From Gemmatimonadales bacterium (GTDB lineage Bacteria; Gemmatimonadota; Gemmatimonadetes; Gemmatimonadales; GWC2-71-9), in assembly GCA_041577295.1 (NCBI GenBank), contig JBFGJG010000002.1, forward strand, positions 32,001-96,000: a DNA stretch of 64,000 bases, written 5' to 3'. Of this stretch, positions 19,480 through 28,739 are shown one piece after another. Under the pieces are notes generated by a model that was not told the DNA's origin, did not search any database, and was given only the letters and a program-made list of their open reading frames with translations. A program made the position numbers and the translations under genes. Position 1 is the stretch's first letter, and every line of letters starts with the position of its first letter.

Positions 19480-20274
19480 ATGAGGCAATATCTGGATCTG
19501 TTGCAGCACGTCCTCGAGCACGGCCGGCCAAAGGCGGATCGGACCGGCACCGGCACGCTCAGCGTCTTTGGCTATCAGATGCGCTTCGATCTCAGCCGGG
19601 GCTTCCCGCTAGTCACCACGAAGAAGATCCATTTCAAGTCCGTCGTCTACGAGCTACTGTGGTTTCTGCGTGGGGACACCAATGTCCGGTATCTCAACGA
19701 ACATGGTGTCAAGATTTGGGACGAGTGGGCGGACGCGAGCGGAGACCTCGGGCCGATTTATGGGTACCAGTGGCGATCCTGGCCGACGCAGGATGGAGCT
19801 CACATCGATCAGATCTCGTCGGTGCTGGATGAGATTCGCACGAACCCAGATTCTCGGCGGCTGATCGTGAGCGCATGGAATGTGGCGGACCTGGCTCGCA
19901 TGGCGCTCGCACCCTGCCATACCTTATTCCAGTTCTTCGTACAGGATGGCCGGCTCTCCTGCCAGCTGTACCAGCGCAGCGCTGACGTGTTTCTCGGCGT
20001 ACCGTTCAACATCGCGTCGTACGCACTGCTCACGATGATGATCGCGCACGTCTCGGGCCTCCGCCCGGCCGAGTTTATCCACACGCTGGGTGATACGCAC
20101 TTGTACAACAACCATCTCGAGCAGGCACGGCTCCAGGTCACTCGACTCCCTCGCCCGCAACCGACGGTGGCACTGAACCCACGGGTGCGGTCGATCTTCG
20201 ATTTCACGTACGAGGACATCACCCTCCATGACTACGACCCCCATCCCCACATCGCGGCACGGATAGCAGTCTGA
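19480..20274 (+). CDS. thyA: Thymidylate synthase
   Basis: [22 protein letters not shown] and [18 protein letters not shown]; 264 aa. Confidence 0.97.
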   Translation: MRQYLDLLQHVLEHGRPKADRTGTGTLSVFGYQMRFDLSRGFPLVTTKKIHFKSVVYELLWFLRGDTNVRYLNEHGVKIWDEWADASGDLGPIYGYQWRSWPTQDGAHIDQISSVLDEIRTNPDSRRLIVSAWNVADLARMALAPCHTLFQFFVQDGRLSCQLYQRSADVFLGVPFNIASYALLTMMIAHVSGLRPAEFIHTLGDTHLYNNHLEQARLQVTRLPRPQPTVALNPRVRSIFDFTYEDITLHDYDPHPHIAARIAV

Positions 20275-20768
20275 TCGTCTCTCTCATCGCCGCAATGGCC
20301 GAGAACCGCGTCATTGGGCGAGACGGTGATGTGCCATGGTACCTCCCCGCTGACCTACGTTTCTTCAAGCGATTGACCTTGGGTCACACGGTCGTGATGG
20401 GTCGGAGGACGTTCGATTCGATCGGACGCCGCCCTCTGATCGGGCGGCGGAACATCGTCGTGACCCGCCAACCCCGGTTTGGCGCCAGCGGGGTCGAGGT
20501 CGCCCATAGCCTACCCCAAGCCCTCGAGCTCGCCGAAGGGGAGCAGGAGGTGTTCATCGCCGGTGGGGCGGACATCTACCGGATCGCACTCCCCATCGCG
20601 GACCGGCTCTACCTCACCGTCGTACACGCCGAGGTCGATGGCGACGTGCGATTCCCGGAGTTTGACACCGCCGATTGGGAGCTGGTTTCCGAAACGCGCT
20701 TTGAAGCCGACGAACGTCACGAGCATGCGTTCAGCTTCCGTCGCTACGACCGCCGGCGGCGTCTCTGA
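20271..20768 (+). CDS. folA: Dihydrofolate reductase (probable CTG start)
   Basis: (L/M)[42 protein letters not shown] and GD..FP. The track's ATG 20295 would delete the first beta-strand. Confidence 0.92.
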   Translation: MIVSLIAAMAENRVIGRDGDVPWYLPADLRFFKRLTLGHTVVMGRRTFDSIGRRPLIGRRNIVVTRQPRFGASGVEVAHSLPQALELAEGEQEVFIAGGADIYRIALPIADRLYLTVVHAEVDGDVRFPEFDTADWELVSETRFEADERHEHAFSFRRYDRRRRL

Positions 20769-20773
20769 CGATC

Positions 20774-20801
20774 TCGAGCGCGCCGCTCGACCTCGATTTT
20801 T
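20774..20801 (+). terminator. Possible intrinsic terminator after folA
   Basis: TCGAGCG-CGC-CGCTCGA hairpin followed shortly by TTTTT. Confidence 0.35.
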
Positions 20802-20867
20802 GTACTCGCTGACCTCCCAACGACCCTTTCGCAGCTAAGAAATCACGATCAGCATCGACGCGCCGTT

Positions 20868-20935
20868 GAAAAAAAAGCCAGAAAAACTATTGCATATCGT
20901 CGCGGCATACCTTATCGTGTTGCGCGACAACACGA
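20868..20935 (+). promoter_or_regulatory. Sigma70-like promoter with upstream A-tracts and an overlapping inverted repeat
   Basis: TTGCAT (20890-95), 17-nt spacer, TATCGT (20913-18). A-tracts at 20868-20886. Inverted repeat TCGTGTTG-N5-CAACACGA at 20915-20935. Confidence 0.55.
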
Positions 20936-20947
20936 AACGCGGAAACG

Positions 20948-22030
20948 ATGCGCATAGGTCTTGCTTTCAATCAGCGACCCAACGGCACCAAGTCGAATCG
21001 TTCGGCGCGGGCCGCTGCGGACGTCATCGAGACGCAGGATGCATACGTCGAGTGGGACGAGCCCGAGACCATCGATGCCGTCGCCGACGCGTTGACGTTC
21101 TTTGGCGACGTCGTCCGTCTCGAGGCCATCGGTGATTTTCCATCCCGGCTTCGTCGGGCACGGGTCGACTTTCTTTTCAACATGGCCGAGGGGGTCCGAG
21201 GTCCCAACCGCGAATCGCACGTTCCGGCGATCGCGGAGTTCCTCGGCATCCCATACTCTGCCAGTGATCCCCTGACGCTCGCGCTTTCCTTGCACAAGGG
21301 TCGAGCGAAAGAGATCTGGGCCCAGCGTGGCCTGGCGACAGCACCGTTCGTCCTGATCGAATCGGAGGCGGATCTCCCCACGCTCAAGCGGCGGCGCCGC
21401 TATCCGATGTTTCTCAAACCGGTGTGGGAGGGCTCCTCGAAGGGAATCTGCCAAGACAGTTACTGCGCGAAGCCCGGCGACGCCGTCGCGCGCAGTCGAG
21501 AGCTGCTGGCGACCTATCAGGAGCCGGTCCTCGCGGAGACGTACCTTTCCGGTGAGGAATTCACGGCCGCGATCCTGGGCAACGGCGATGAAGCGGACTG
21601 TCTCCCCCTGATCCGCTATCGGTTCGAGGCGTTGCCGGAGGGCGCACTTCCCATCATGGGCTACGAGGCAAAGTGGCTGTGGGATAAGCCGGACGAGCCG
21701 CTCGACATCCTGGAGTGTCCAGCGGAGATCTCAGAAGACATGGCCGATCAGCTTAGGAAGACGGCGCTCGCGGCGTACCGTGCGCTGGGCTGTCGCGATT
21801 GGGCACGAGTGGATCTGCGGCTCGACGCGGCGGGCGTTCCTCACGTCGTGGAGATCAACCCGCTCCCGGGCATCATCCCGGACCCGGCGGCAAACAGCTG
21901 CTTCCCTTTGGCCGCCGCGAAGGCAGGACTCACCTACCAAGAGTTGATTCAAGGCGTGGTTGGTATCGCCTGGAAGCGGCTTACGGGGGAGGAGCTCGGA
22001 GTGCCTACCCTAGCAGGAGCTGCCGGCTGA
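20948..22030 (+). CDS. D-Ala-D-Ala ligase-like ATP-grasp protein 1
   Basis: FNMAEG, GIPYSASD, KPVWEGSSKGI, E.YLSGEEFT, RVDLR and EINPLPG. Confidence 0.88.
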   Translation: MRIGLAFNQRPNGTKSNRSARAAADVIETQDAYVEWDEPETIDAVADALTFFGDVVRLEAIGDFPSRLRRARVDFLFNMAEGVRGPNRESHVPAIAEFLGIPYSASDPLTLALSLHKGRAKEIWAQRGLATAPFVLIESEADLPTLKRRRRYPMFLKPVWEGSSKGICQDSYCAKPGDAVARSRELLATYQEPVLAETYLSGEEFTAAILGNGDEADCLPLIRYRFEALPEGALPIMGYEAKWLWDKPDEPLDILECPAEISEDMADQLRKTALAAYRALGCRDWARVDLRLDAAGVPHVVEINPLPGIIPDPAANSCFPLAAAKAGLTYQELIQGVVGIAWKRLTGEELGVPTLAGAAG

Positions 22031-23052
22031 AGATCGTCGTCCTATACGACGGGGGAGCGGACGACTGGACTCCCGAGGATGTTCAGTCCGTGCTCGAACC
22101 CGTATGGGCCGTCTCCCGCGTGCTCTCGAAGGCGGGCCACAAGGTCTCCCGTGTTCGTGTGCTGCCCGACATGGCGTGGCTCGAGCCCGTCCGCAACGCC
22201 GATCTCGTCTTCAACCTGTGCGAGGGAATTGGCGGTATCAGCCATCTCGAGTACAAGGTTGCGTCGGCGATCGAGCTGACCGGTTTGCCCTTCACCGGCG
22301 CGGGTGCGTGGACGATGACGGTTTGCCATCGCAAGCCGCTGTTGAACGCAGTGCTCGAGACGGCACGACTGCCCATTCCCCAATGGTCCAATGGATCGCC
22401 TGCGACCCTCGACCGCTTTCCGCTTCCCGCCCTCGTCAAGCCGGCGGCGGAGGACGCGAGTGTCGGGATCGACCAGCGATCGGTGGTTGAGGATCGCCAA
22501 GCGCTCTATGAGCGCGTACAGGATATCGCCGCCCAGTTTCGAGAGGTCGTGGTGCAGCGGTACATCCACGGCCGTGAGCTCGCGGTTGCGTTCGTGGGAG
22601 ATCACATCCTCCCGATCTCGGAGATCGACTTTGGCGCGATGCCTCCGGGCGCTTGGCCCATCCTCTCGTTTCAGGCCAAGTGGATGCCGGGTAGTCCAGA
22701 GGACCGCGGTAGCCGGCCTGTGTGTCCGGCCAAGCTCGATCCCAAGCTCGAGCGACGGGTAGTGGCGGTCGCCCGCGCAGCGTGGCGAGCGGTACGAGGA
22801 CGGGGTTACGGCCGGATCGATCTCCGGGTGGACGGCGATGGCAAGCCGTGGATCATCGAAGTCAATCCGAACCCCGACATCTCCACGGATGCCGGGTTGG
22901 CGCGAATGGCACAGGCGGCCGGTTGGTCGTACGGGGACCTCGTGCTCAGGGTCCTCGCGGAGGCACGTGCAGAGTTGATCGTGGCGGACGAGAGTGTCGA
23001 GCGGAAGACCGCTGAGCGGCGGAAGGTGGCTGCTGGCGGAGGACTCGGGTGA
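22027..23052 (+). CDS. D-Ala-D-Ala ligase-like ATP-grasp protein 2 (probable CTG start)
   Basis: (L/M)KIVVLYD after an AGGAG SD; FNLCEG, PFTG, KPAAEDASVGI, YIHGRE, GRIDLR and EVNPNPD. Confidence 0.88.
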   Translation: MKIVVLYDGGADDWTPEDVQSVLEPVWAVSRVLSKAGHKVSRVRVLPDMAWLEPVRNADLVFNLCEGIGGISHLEYKVASAIELTGLPFTGAGAWTMTVCHRKPLLNAVLETARLPIPQWSNGSPATLDRFPLPALVKPAAEDASVGIDQRSVVEDRQALYERVQDIAAQFREVVVQRYIHGRELAVAFVGDHILPISEIDFGAMPPGAWPILSFQAKWMPGSPEDRGSRPVCPAKLDPKLERRVVAVARAAWRAVRGRGYGRIDLRVDGDGKPWIIEVNPNPDISTDAGLARMAQAAGWSYGDLVLRVLAEARAELIVADESVERKTAERRKVAAGGGLG

Positions 23053-23573
23053 AAGCGGTTCAACGAGCCGCCACTGCGTTGCGGGCCCCGAGCGTACGCG
23101 ATGTCGAGCGCGCGCGGGAGATCGTGGAGGAAACGGGTGTATTCCGATCAGACGAGATCGCGATCGCCGAAGAGGTTTTTCGCGAAGCCGTCGACCATCC
23201 CGGCAAGGACTACTACGCGCTCGGCGCGTTCGAGGATGATCAGCTCGTCGGATTCACCTGCTTCGGACCGACACCGTGCACTGTGGCCACGTGGGACCTG
23301 TACTGGATCGCGGTGCACCCCGACACCCATCGCTCGGGCATCGGCCGCCGCCTGATGCAGGCAGCCGAACGAGCGATCCAGACGCACGGTGGGCGTCTGG
23401 TCGTCGTCGAGACAGCATCGCGGCCGGATTACGCGCCGACCAGAGCGTTCTACGCGGCGTTGGACTATCGCCAGGCGGCACGGATCTCCGAGTACTACGC
23501 CCCCGGCGACGATTTGGTTGTGTACGTCAAACACCTCCATTCCACACCGGAAGGGGCGGTGCACAATGGCTGA
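23049..23573 (+). CDS. GNAT family N-acetyltransferase
   Basis: WDLYWIAVHP...GIGRRL acetyl-CoA motif A and TRAFY. GTGA overlap. Confidence 0.88.
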   Translation: MKAVQRAATALRAPSVRDVERAREIVEETGVFRSDEIAIAEEVFREAVDHPGKDYYALGAFEDDQLVGFTCFGPTPCTVATWDLYWIAVHPDTHRSGIGRRLMQAAERAIQTHGGRLVVVETASRPDYAPTRAFYAALDYRQAARISEYYAPGDDLVVYVKHLHSTPEGAVHNG

Positions 23574-24720
23574 ATGGCAAAAGCTGTTTCGGCAGCGGAG
23601 CCTGACTTCCCTACAGCAGCTGGTGGATCGATTCGGGCCCGAACACTTCCCCGACCTCGATCGGTTGCAGGAGGCCGTGGACAACTTTGAGTTCCGCATC
23701 TCACCGGCAATGGTGGACCTGATCGAGGAACCGGGCGATCCGTTTTGGCGACAGTATGTGCCCGAACTGGACGAGCTCGAAGTCGTCGATGGCGTTCCCG
23801 ACAGCCTCAACGAGGACGCGGACAGCCCGGTGCCCAACATCACACACCGATATCCGGACCGAGCGCTGTTTCTGGTGAGCCCAGTTTGTGCTTCCTACTG
23901 TCGATTCTGCACGCGCCGGCGCAAGGTGGGAGATCCTGAGAAGATTCCGATGTCACAACTCGAGAGCGCCTTTCGGTACCTCGAGGAGCACGCTGAGATC
24001 CGCGATGTCATTCTCTCGGGTGGTGATCCACTCCTTCTGTCCGATCGCCGACTCGATCTGATCCTTGGACGTCTCCGAAAGATCCCGCATCTCGAAATCA
24101 TTCGTATCGGAAGCCGCGTCCCGTGTCACCTTCCGGAGCGGATCACGCCAGAGCTCTGCGAGATGCTCAAGAAGCATCACCCGCTCTACATCAACACCCA
24201 CTTCAACCACCCTGCCGAGCTTACACCCGACGCGGTCAGGTGCCTCGGGATGTTAGCCGATGCCGGCATACCCCTTGGGTGTCAGACGGTGTTGTTGCGT
24301 GGCGTGAATGACGATACCGAGATCATGACGGAGCTCATGAAAAAGCTCCTCGCGGCACGCGTGCGACCGTACTACATCTATATGTGCGACAACGTCGCTG
24401 GCGTGGAGCACTTCAAGACCAGCGTGGAGAAAGGGCTGGAAATTGTCCAGGCGTTGCGTGGCTGGACCAGCGGACTCGCGGTTCCCCATTTCGTCATCGA
24501 CGCGCCGGGTGGCGGTGGGAAGATCCCGCTCATCCCCGAGTACATTGAGGAGATCACTGAAGACGAAGTGGTCATGAAGAACTTCCGTGGCGAACGGTAC
24601 GTGTGGGCGCAGCCGCGAAAAGAGGCGGTGGTCGGTGCAGTCCTCCCCTTTGGATCAAGCTCCAGAAAGTCTCAGGCTCGCCGGGGCAAGAAGTCGGCGG
24701 TGAAGCGGCGTCGCGCATAA
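23566..24720 (+). CDS. kamA: KamA-family radical SAM/PLP enzyme (lysine 2,3-aminomutase-like)
   Basis: HRYPDR, CASYCRFC, SGGDPL, THFNHP, QTVLLRGVND and VIDAPGGGGK (PLP lysine). Confidence 0.9.
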   Translation: MAEWQKLFRQRSLTSLQQLVDRFGPEHFPDLDRLQEAVDNFEFRISPAMVDLIEEPGDPFWRQYVPELDELEVVDGVPDSLNEDADSPVPNITHRYPDRALFLVSPVCASYCRFCTRRRKVGDPEKIPMSQLESAFRYLEEHAEIRDVILSGGDPLLLSDRRLDLILGRLRKIPHLEIIRIGSRVPCHLPERITPELCEMLKKHHPLYINTHFNHPAELTPDAVRCLGMLADAGIPLGCQTVLLRGVNDDTEIMTELMKKLLAARVRPYYIYMCDNVAGVEHFKTSVEKGLEIVQALRGWTSGLAVPHFVIDAPGGGGKIPLIPEYIEEITEDEVVMKNFRGERYVWAQPRKEAVVGAVLPFGSSSRKSQARRGKKSAVKRRRA

Positions 24721-24752
24721 CCGAACATCGGACGCGCGACGCCGACGCTCCG

Positions 24753-26843
24753 TCACTTTCCGTTACTTTCCTCCTTCTCCCGGTCCTCGACGATCTTGTG
24801 CGCCACATCAGGCGGAACCTCTTGATAACTCGAAAACTCCCAATGATACGTCCCACGCCCATGCGTCATCGAGTGCAATTGCGTTGAGTACCGGTGCATC
24901 TCGGCCTCGGGAACAAATGCTTTGACTTTTGTGAGTCGGCCATCCGGTTCGGTGCCGAGAATCTGGCCGCGACGTGACGAAAGATCGCCCATCACTTCGC
25001 CCAGATTGTCGTCAGGCGTCCAGATCTCCACCACCAATATTGGCTCTAGAATGACCGGCCTGGCCTTGGGTGCGACGTTCCGGAAAGCAAGAATTCCCGC
25101 CATCTTGAAAGACTGCTCACTGCTGTCGACATCGTGGTACGAGCCGTCATAACACTCGACCTTGAAATCGACCACCGGAAATCCTCCGACGATCCCACGA
25201 CCTGCCGCCTCCTGAACACCCCGATCGACTGCGGGCACGTACTTACCGGGAATGACTCCACCCGTGATCTTGTCGACAAACTCATACCCGGTTCCGCTCG
25301 GCAGTGGAGTAATCCGAATCCAACAGTCGCCGTACTGCCCTCGCCCGCCAGTCTGCTTCTTGTGCTTGCCCTGGCCCTCGGCCTTCCCCCTAAACGTTTC
25401 TTTGTACGCGACTCGCGGCGTGATGAGTTCGGCATGCACGCCAAACTTTCGTTCCAAACGGCTAATGATGACCTCGAGATGTCGTTCGCCACGACCGGAG
25501 ATGATCGTCTGCCGAAGCTCGGGACGGTACTCGTGCCGAAAGGTGGGATCCTCCTCGTGCAGCTTGTGCAGCCCCAGTGAGAGCTTCTCTTCGTCACCTC
25601 GCTGCTTTACCGTCACCGCCATCCGGGTCAACGCCTCCGGGAACGGAATGGACGGGAGCAATAGGGGCTTCCCCTGCGTAGACAACGTATCGTTCGTGTG
25701 GGTGTCCTTGAGTTTGGCAACCGCGGCGATGTCGCCAACGTGCAGCATCGGGATTTCCGTCCGGTCCTTTCCTTGAACGACGGACAGATGATTCAGTTTC
25801 TCAGTAGATCCGCGGCGACCGTTGAACACCTCCGCACCATTGGCGATGCTGCCTCCATGAATACGGAAGAACGTCACGTCACCAACGTGAGGCTCGGACA
25901 CCGTCTTGAACACGCGCGCGACGAAGGGAGCCTCGTTTTTTGGCGCCACCTCGACGGTAGATCCGTCCGGCTGCGACGCGGTCACTGGGGGTAGCTCCGT
26001 CGGCGCCGGCACCAACTCGACCAACTTCGTGAGCAGGGCCCGCATACCGTACGTCAGCGTTGACGATCCGCAAAACAGCGGGAAGAGATCCCCGCTGGCC
26101 ATTCCGGCTTTCATTGCGCTCACCGCTTCGTCACGTGAGATCTCTTCCCCGCCGAGATAGCGCTCGAGCAGGTCGTCGTTGGTCGTGGCAATCGTTTCGA
26201 TGAGCTCCTGAGAATACTGCTCGAATCGGGCCTCATACTCCGCCGGCACATCCACTTCGTCATACTCGCCGTTCTTCGTACCCTTCCGGTACATGTGGCA
26301 CTTCTTCGAGAAGAGGTTGACGATCCCGTGAAATTCCGGTCCTTCGCCCACAGGGATCTCGACCGGGATCACCTTCGCCGTCAGATGCTCCTTGATGTCT
26401 TGAAAGACCTTCTCGAAGTCCGCATGCTCTTTGTCCAACATCGACACGAAGAAAAGGCGCGGGATGCCACGTGCCTCGGCGTACTCCCACACCTTTTCCG
26501 TACCTACCTCAACACCGGCCGTGGCACCCACCACCACCAGCGCTGCGTCGGCGGCATAGACGCCGGCGAGCGCATCCCCGGTGAAGTCGAGATATCCCGG
26601 CGTGTCGATCAGATTCACCTTGGTATCCATCCACTCGGCATGTGCGACGGCCAGGTTGATGGAGTATTGGCGTGAGATCTCTTCTTGGGTGTAATCGGTG
26701 AGGGAGGTTCCGTCCTGGACGGATCCGTGTCGCTTGCAGCTGCCGGCCACGAACGCGAGTGCGTCAACAAGGCTCGTCTTCCCGCTCGCGCCGTGGCCAA
26801 CTACCGCGACATTCCGAATCGCGTCTCCCGTATAAACGCGCAC
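24753..26843 (-). CDS. Elongation factor G paralogue (EF-G2/FusA-like)
   Basis: GHGASGKTS, DTPG, GERHL, HKKQTGGRGQYG and DGSYHDVDSS. GTG 26843 follows AGGAGG. Confidence 0.9.
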   Translation of the reverse strand: MRVYTGDAIRNVAVVGHGASGKTSLVDALAFVAGSCKRHGSVQDGTSLTDYTQEEISRQYSINLAVAHAEWMDTKVNLIDTPGYLDFTGDALAGVYAADAALVVVGATAGVEVGTEKVWEYAEARGIPRLFFVSMLDKEHADFEKVFQDIKEHLTAKVIPVEIPVGEGPEFHGIVNLFSKKCHMYRKGTKNGEYDEVDVPAEYEARFEQYSQELIETIATTNDDLLERYLGGEEISRDEAVSAMKAGMASGDLFPLFCGSSTLTYGMRALLTKLVELVPAPTELPPVTASQPDGSTVEVAPKNEAPFVARVFKTVSEPHVGDVTFFRIHGGSIANGAEVFNGRRGSTEKLNHLSVVQGKDRTEIPMLHVGDIAAVAKLKDTHTNDTLSTQGKPLLLPSIPFPEALTRMAVTVKQRGDEEKLSLGLHKLHEEDPTFRHEYRPELRQTIISGRGERHLEVIISRLERKFGVHAELITPRVAYKETFRGKAEGQGKHKKQTGGRGQYGDCWIRITPLPSGTGYEFVDKITGGVIPGKYVPAVDRGVQEAAGRGIVGGFPVVDFKVECYDGSYHDVDSSEQSFKMAGILAFRNVAPKARPVILEPILVVEIWTPDDNLGEVMGDLSSRRGQILGTEPDGRLTKVKAFVPEAEMHRYSTQLHSMTHGRGTYHWEFSSYQEVPPDVAHKIVEDREKEESNGK

Positions 26844-27155
26844 GCGCACCACCTCCTGTTTCAAGGGGGATCGGGAAAATGCTCCAACGAAAGGCGGACT
26901 GTCAAATGCGTCGCGAAGCCCAGGGCGGGGCAGCCATTCCCGGGCCAGGCCTCTGGGGATATCGATGTCGCGACACTGAACGAACATCCGTTCTGGAGGC
27001 TTCCCTATTCATTTATCTACCGGGCTGATTGTACCCTTGCGGAAGGGGTCGGCCGGAGCGGTCCGCCGTCTTGACGGGAGGCTCCGTGGGGTGACATCTC
27101 TCTCCCGGGCCGGCCCATGCACGAAAGCTAAGACCTGCACCAGACGAGGTTTGCC

Positions 27156-28739
27156 TTGCCCAGCGGCTACGACGCAATCGTGATTGGAGGTGGACACAAC
27201 GGCCTGGTGGCGGCGGCATACCTTGCGCGAGCGGGCTGGCGTGTCGTGGTGCTGGAGCGCCGGGAGCGGGTCGGAGGGGCAGCGATCACGGAGGAGGTTT
27301 TCCCGGAATTCAAGTTTTCAGTTTTTTCCTACGTAGTGAGCCTCCTTCGCCCGGAGATCGTTCGCGACCTCGACCTCCCAAGTCACGGGTTGCACATCCT
27401 GCCCCTCGAAAGCACGCTCACGCCCCTTCCCGACAACGGTTACCTCGCGTCTTGGGCCGACCCGGATCAAACCCGTCGCGAGTTGTTCCGGCATTCCCCA
27501 CGAGACGTGGAGGCGATGGAAGAGTTTGGTCGCCTTATGCACCACATGGCCTTCGCGGTCAAACCGATCCTCAGCATGGTTCCGCCTGACCCCACCTCGC
27601 TCAGCCCGCGAGATCTCCGTGGATTGTTGCGCCTAGGGCAGCACTTCTCCGGCCTTGGCGAGGAGAAGTTCTACGCGCTGTTCAAGTTGATGACCATGAG
27701 CTCCGCCGACTATCTCGATGAGTGGTTTGAGTGCGAGCCGCTCAAGGCAACCAAGTCAGCCAGCGGCATCATCGGGACCTTTCTCGGACCGCGCTCCCCT
27801 GGTACCGCCTACGTGCTGCTACACCACTACATGGGTGAAATCGACGGTGCGTTTCGCGCATGGGGGTTCGCCAAGGGTGGGACCGGTAGCGTGAGCGAAT
27901 CCATCGCCTCTGCGGCGCGCGGCTTTGGTGCCGAAGTGCGAACCAACGCTGGGGTAGTCAGCGTGGTCGGAAAGGGAGGGAAGACCGCCGGCGTTGTTCT
28001 CGACGATGGGTCGGAGATCGCTGGCGACGTCGTCATCTCGAGCCTCGACCCGCGACGCACGTTCCTGGAGCTCGTTGACCCAAACGAACTTCCCACCGAT
28101 CTCGTGAACAGCGTCAAGCGAATGAAGTTCCGTGGCTCATCCGCGAAGGTGAACCTCGCGTTGAGCGAGCTCCCCAACTTCACTTGTCTTCCCGGAGTTG
28201 GCCCACATCACCGCGGCGCCATTTCGATCAGCCCGAGTGTAGAGTACCTGGAACGGGCGTACGACGACGCCAAGTATGGGGAGTTCTCACGCCGCCCGTA
28301 CCTCGACATGGTGATTCCGTCGATGATCGACCCCGCAATGGCACCCGCCGGAAAGCACGTGATGTCGATCTTTGTGCAATACGCTCCGTACGCGCTCAAT
28401 GGGGGATGGACGGATGAGCGACGTGAGGATTTGGGAGATGCCGTGATCGACACGGTGTCCACATTCGCCCCGAACTTGAAGTCTGCCATCATGCACCGTC
28501 AGGTTCTCACCCCCCTGGATATCGAACGCATCACGGGCCTATCCGAAGGCAACATCTTCCAGGGTGAGCTGTCGCTGCACCAACTCTTCTTTCTGCGACC
28601 GGCGGCCGGTTGGGCGAACTACCGAACGCCGCTGCGGGGGTATTACCAGTGCGGTTCCGGCACCCATCCTGGAGGTGGTGTGATGGGGGCATCTGGCCGT
28701 CTGGCCGCGATGGCTGTGCTTCAGGATCGTAGGCGATGA
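27156..28739 (+). CDS. COG1233 phytoene-desaturase-fold FAD oxidoreductase (PYROXD2-like), copy 1
   Basis: GGGHNGL, GGAAITEE, LERAYDDAKYG, GNIFQGEL and GSGTHPGGGV. Confidence 0.85.
   Translation: MPSGYDAIVIGGGHNGLVAAAYLARAGWRVVVLERRERVGGAAITEEVFPEFKFSVFSYVVSLLRPEIVRDLDLPSHGLHILPLESTLTPLPDNGYLASWADPDQTRRELFRHSPRDVEAMEEFGRLMHHMAFAVKPILSMVPPDPTSLSPRDLRGLLRLGQHFSGLGEEKFYALFKLMTMSSADYLDEWFECEPLKATKSASGIIGTFLGPRSPGTAYVLLHHYMGEIDGAFRAWGFAKGGTGSVSESIASAARGFGAEVRTNAGVVSVVGKGGKTAGVVLDDGSEIAGDVVISSLDPRRTFLELVDPNELPTDLVNSVKRMKFRGSSAKVNLALSELPNFTCLPGVGPHHRGAISISPSVEYLERAYDDAKYGEFSRRPYLDMVIPSMIDPAMAPAGKHVMSIFVQYAPYALNGGWTDERREDLGDAVIDTVSTFAPNLKSAIMHRQVLTPLDIERITGLSEGNIFQGELSLHQLFFLRPAAGWANYRTPLRGYYQCGSGTHPGGGVMGASGRLAAMAVLQDRRR

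Noticed and set aside
20948..23052. Housekeeping ddl or van resistance ligases
   Set aside because: They lack the Ddl LHG..GED motif, and there is no mur/fts or vanHX/vanRS context.
23566..26843. KamA as EpmB modifying a translation factor (next to the EF-G paralogue)
   Set aside because: No efp or epmA is present. The EF-G gene is convergent, and KamA is coupled to the GNAT/ATP-grasp genes instead.
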